Position numbers and translations under genes: made by a program | Origin: an uncultured virus (IMG/VR IMGVR_UViG_3300026201_000006) | Lineage: Duplodnaviria > Heunggongvirae > Uroviricota > Caudoviricetes | Length of the DNA: 20,000 nt | Virus record (IMG/VR): IMGVR_UViG_3300026201_000006 | Coordinates: 56,063 to 76,062 of that record | Strand: one strand, 5' to 3' | Part shown: positions 17,587-20,000 of the stretch, one piece after another | Layout of the letters: the number at the start of each line of letters is the position of its first letter | Numbering within the stretch: the stretch's first letter is position 1 | The notes under the pieces: generated by a model | Seen by the model: the letters and a program-made list of their open reading frames with translations, nothing else | The model's database searches: none | What the model was told of the DNA's origin: nothing

Positions 17587-18304
17587 GTGGGGAACATTAT
17601 ATGGACCAGAATATGTTAATAGATTATACGGAAGTATAAAGAGGTTTTGTGATCTGGATTTTAACTTTACTTGTATTACTGATAACCCTAGTGGGATTAA
17701 TCCTGATGTAGGCTTAATAGATTATAATACATTTGGTCCAGATCATTGGAGATCTTATGGTCAAGATAAAATTTTTACTCGTGAAAAATTATGTCTATTT
17801 GATTTAGATCTTCCAGGCACAAAGCTGTGGGTAGACTTAGATAATTTAATTCACGGTGATATAACAGAATTAGTAAGTAGAGATTTTGATAAGCCAACAT
17901 TTATTCTAAACCACTGGAATATAAAAAAAGAAGGTGCACACAAATGGTTTGGTAAAGGATCAGATTGTCACGTTAACTCAAGCTTTGTGGCATGGCAAGA
18001 TGCTCAATGGTTATTTGATTATACAAATGAAAATCTAGAGAAGCTCATGTTCACCTACAAGTCTTTAGATAAATACTTATATTACCAGCATTATCGTAAC
18101 GATAGATTAGCGTATTGGGAAGAAGGCATTGTAGATAATTATAATTTTAGTGAGCCGCCTCATACCGAAAGAGAAGAAGCAAGGATGACATTATTTAATA
18201 CATCACACATTCGAATACAAAGAATGGGTATTGAAGCATTTGAATTACATGAAACAGAGGGTCAATGGCCCTGGGAATATTGGACAAGTTATGACGCAAG
18301 TTGA
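17501..18304 (+). CDS. Glycosyltransferase-like protein (GT-A type, DxD); start uncertain
   Basis: KWGxxYxxxYVNRL...FTCITD N-terminal signature, K.LF...WVDLDNLI (DxD) and NSSFV motifs. Confidence 0.7.
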   Translation: MSSDGILLSTEDFLAKSNPEVKLNFFTFKWGTLYGPEYVNRLYGSIKRFCDLDFNFTCITDNPSGINPDVGLIDYNTFGPDHWRSYGQDKIFTREKLCLFDLDLPGTKLWVDLDNLIHGDITELVSRDFDKPTFILNHWNIKKEGAHKWFGKGSDCHVNSSFVAWQDAQWLFDYTNENLEKLMFTYKSLDKYLYYQHYRNDRLAYWEEGIVDNYNFSEPPHTEREEARMTLFNTSHIRIQRMGIEAFELHETEGQWPWEYWTSYDAS

Positions 18305-18728
18305 TGCCTGGATATATACACAAATAACAACATTTAGTGAAGCTGAATCTATTGCTATCGTGGGCCCAGCGGATAAAAGAAATTTATATGATGAGTTTAA
18401 TGCTATTGATAGACTTACAGTAAATATGTACGACTACGATCCTCAAAGAGCTTGCGATGAAATTATTACTGCTGATGTTGTATTTGATATTGAACTAAAA
18501 GAAGAGCTCATTATAAATTATGCTTGTGAAAAGATGTGGCCGTTAGGTAAGATGTATAAGGATAGAGAATTTATATTAGTAGGTGATAATGAACATCATA
18601 ACGGTGATTGTAATCCTATTACTGGTAATAAACAATTAGCGGAACAAAATGAATTAAAAGAAATCTGGACATTTAATGAATTTAATAGATGGAAAGGTAA
18701 ATATTATGTGGTATACGGATGCAATTAG
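18291..18728 (+). CDS. Hypothetical protein, degenerate class I methyltransferase-like paralog of the downstream gene
   Basis: Start moved from 18231 to ATG 18291, a 14-nt overlap like neighbouring junctions. IAIVG, YDYDP, LIINYACEKM and QLAEQN align by eye with VEIVGG, FDVDP, LIINTSCEHM and ELAEKN of the next gene. Confidence 0.6.
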   Translation: MTQVDAWIYTQITTFSEAESIAIVGPADKRNLYDEFNAIDRLTVNMYDYDPQRACDEIITADVVFDIELKEELIINYACEKMWPLGKMYKDREFILVGDNEHHNGDCNPITGNKQLAEQNELKEIWTFNEFNRWKGKYYVVYGCN

Positions 18729-19459
18729 GAATAGTAGATTTAGAAAAAGAATTAGGACCACGTGACGCAGATCATATGGGTCATGATGTAAAAAAACCAG
18801 TAGATCCTGAAATATATTATAATATGCTCAAATGGTTTAATAGAAATTATCCAGATAAGATGGATAGATTTATTGAAAGCATATCACCTAATCAGATAGA
18901 AGGTAAGAATTGGTTAGTAAAAGAATTAGATAAGGTACAAATACCACGTGATCAGGAAGGTCGATTTAAGGTTGAAATTGTTGGTGGTTGGTTTGGCTTT
19001 CCTCTTATAGATTTGTTATATAATAAATACGGTGATCAGATAAGAGCTATTGACTTTTTTGATGTGGATCCATTTGCGGCAAAAGTGTTTGGAGTATATC
19101 TAAGTACATGGTGGGTAGATATACAAGATGTTAAAATATTTAGCAATAGCATGGGTGATTATTTTAATTATAAAGAGAAGCGTAGAGCTCATTTAATAAT
19201 TAATACCTCATGTGAACATATGCCAGATATGTTGAGTATGAAAGAATATTATTTTGATCCTGAAAGAACCTTATTATGTTTACAAAGTAATAATAAAACG
19301 GATGAAGACGATCATATTAATTGTGTAGAAAATGAGCAAGAGCTGGCAGAAAAGAATGGCATTCAATTATTAAATGGTGGATGGCGAACAATGAAAAGTA
19401 AAGAAGGTAAGACATATAATTTTTGGAATAGATATATGGCAATGGGAAAATGGATTTAG
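18719..19459 (+). CDS. Class I SAM-dependent methyltransferase-like protein
   Basis: VEIVGGWFG (motif I-like), acidic FFDVDP at the end of strand 2, and a LIINTSCEHM motif. Confidence 0.65.
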   Translation: MQLGIVDLEKELGPRDADHMGHDVKKPVDPEIYYNMLKWFNRNYPDKMDRFIESISPNQIEGKNWLVKELDKVQIPRDQEGRFKVEIVGGWFGFPLIDLLYNKYGDQIRAIDFFDVDPFAAKVFGVYLSTWWVDIQDVKIFSNSMGDYFNYKEKRRAHLIINTSCEHMPDMLSMKEYYFDPERTLLCLQSNNKTDEDDHINCVENEQELAEKNGIQLLNGGWRTMKSKEGKTYNFWNRYMAMGKWI

Positions 19460-20000
19460 AATTATTTTTATGGGCAACAGGCTTAGGCTTCTTATGGTGT
19501 CAGGTAATTACACATTACGCTGTCTCCGTGGGATTACATAGATACTTTGCTCACGGACAATTTAGAACAAGTGTATTTCACGAATGGGGCTTTATTATAG
19601 GCATACTCATTGCGTGTGTTCGTACACCTATTGGTTGGATAAGTTCTCATAGAATGCACCATGCAGATACAGAGGGACCATTAGATCCACATGACGCTAA
19701 ACGAATAGGTTACTGGAAAGTAGCAACTACTACTTGGGATTTAAAACATGTTCCAGTAAGGTTTGCAAAAGACTTATACAATAACCCAAGACTTGTATGG
19801 GCTCATGAGAATTGGGAAACATTCTTATGGTTATATTGGGCAGTATGTATGGCTATATCACCATACTTCTGGTGGGGTGCAGCATTTATGCCATACCTAT
19901 TTGCAAAGGTAGGATTTGGTATGTTAAATATATTTGGTCATTGGAATGGTCCGACAGATGGTCCATGGATGAATTGGATTTTAGGTGGCGATGGTTATCA
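19450..20000 (+). CDS. Membrane fatty acid desaturase (delta-9 / DesC-OLE1-like), 3'-truncated
   Basis: Own translation from ATG 19450: MDLELFLWATGLGFLW...GLHRYFAH (19537-19554)...WISSHRMHHADTEGPLDPH (HRMHH at 19648-19662)...LNIFGH...GGDGY(H) running off the window at the third His box. Hydrophobic segments present; open to base 20000. Confidence 0.9.
   Translation, partial: MDLELFLWATGLGFLWCQVITHYAVSVGLHRYFAHGQFRTSVFHEWGFIIGILIACVRTPIGWISSHRMHHADTEGPLDPHDAKRIGYWKVATTTWDLKHVPVRFAKDLYNNPRLVWAHENWETFLWLYWAVCMAISPYFWWGAAFMPYLFAKVGFGMLNIFGHWNGPTDGPWMNWILGGDGY

Overview
AT-rich, almost gap-free window that looks like part of a T4-like (probably aquatic) myophage genome. 1-6131 holds two large, cysteine-free, Thr/Asp/Gly/Ala-rich, internally repetitive tail-fibre-like genes that share sequence modules; the first is cut at the window edge. 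After a cUUCGg hairpin and a T4 late-promoter motif (TATAAATA) comes a ~14 kb enzyme island. It encodes eight radical SAM proteins (five with an N-terminal twitch-type Fe-S domain, three with a C-terminal one), two paralogous QueC-like PP-loop ATPases lacking true QueC motifs, a small ORF, a DxD glycosyltransferase-like protein, two related methyltransferase-fold proteins and a membrane fatty acid desaturase (cut at the 3' edge and absent from the ORF track). The island appears to be driven by late promoters, including a symmetric face-to-face pair at 8273-8320. The leading candidate for an undescribed system is a late-expressed, multi-radical-SAM biosynthetic or tailoring pathway, possibly decorating the adjacent fibres or virion; that function is inference only.
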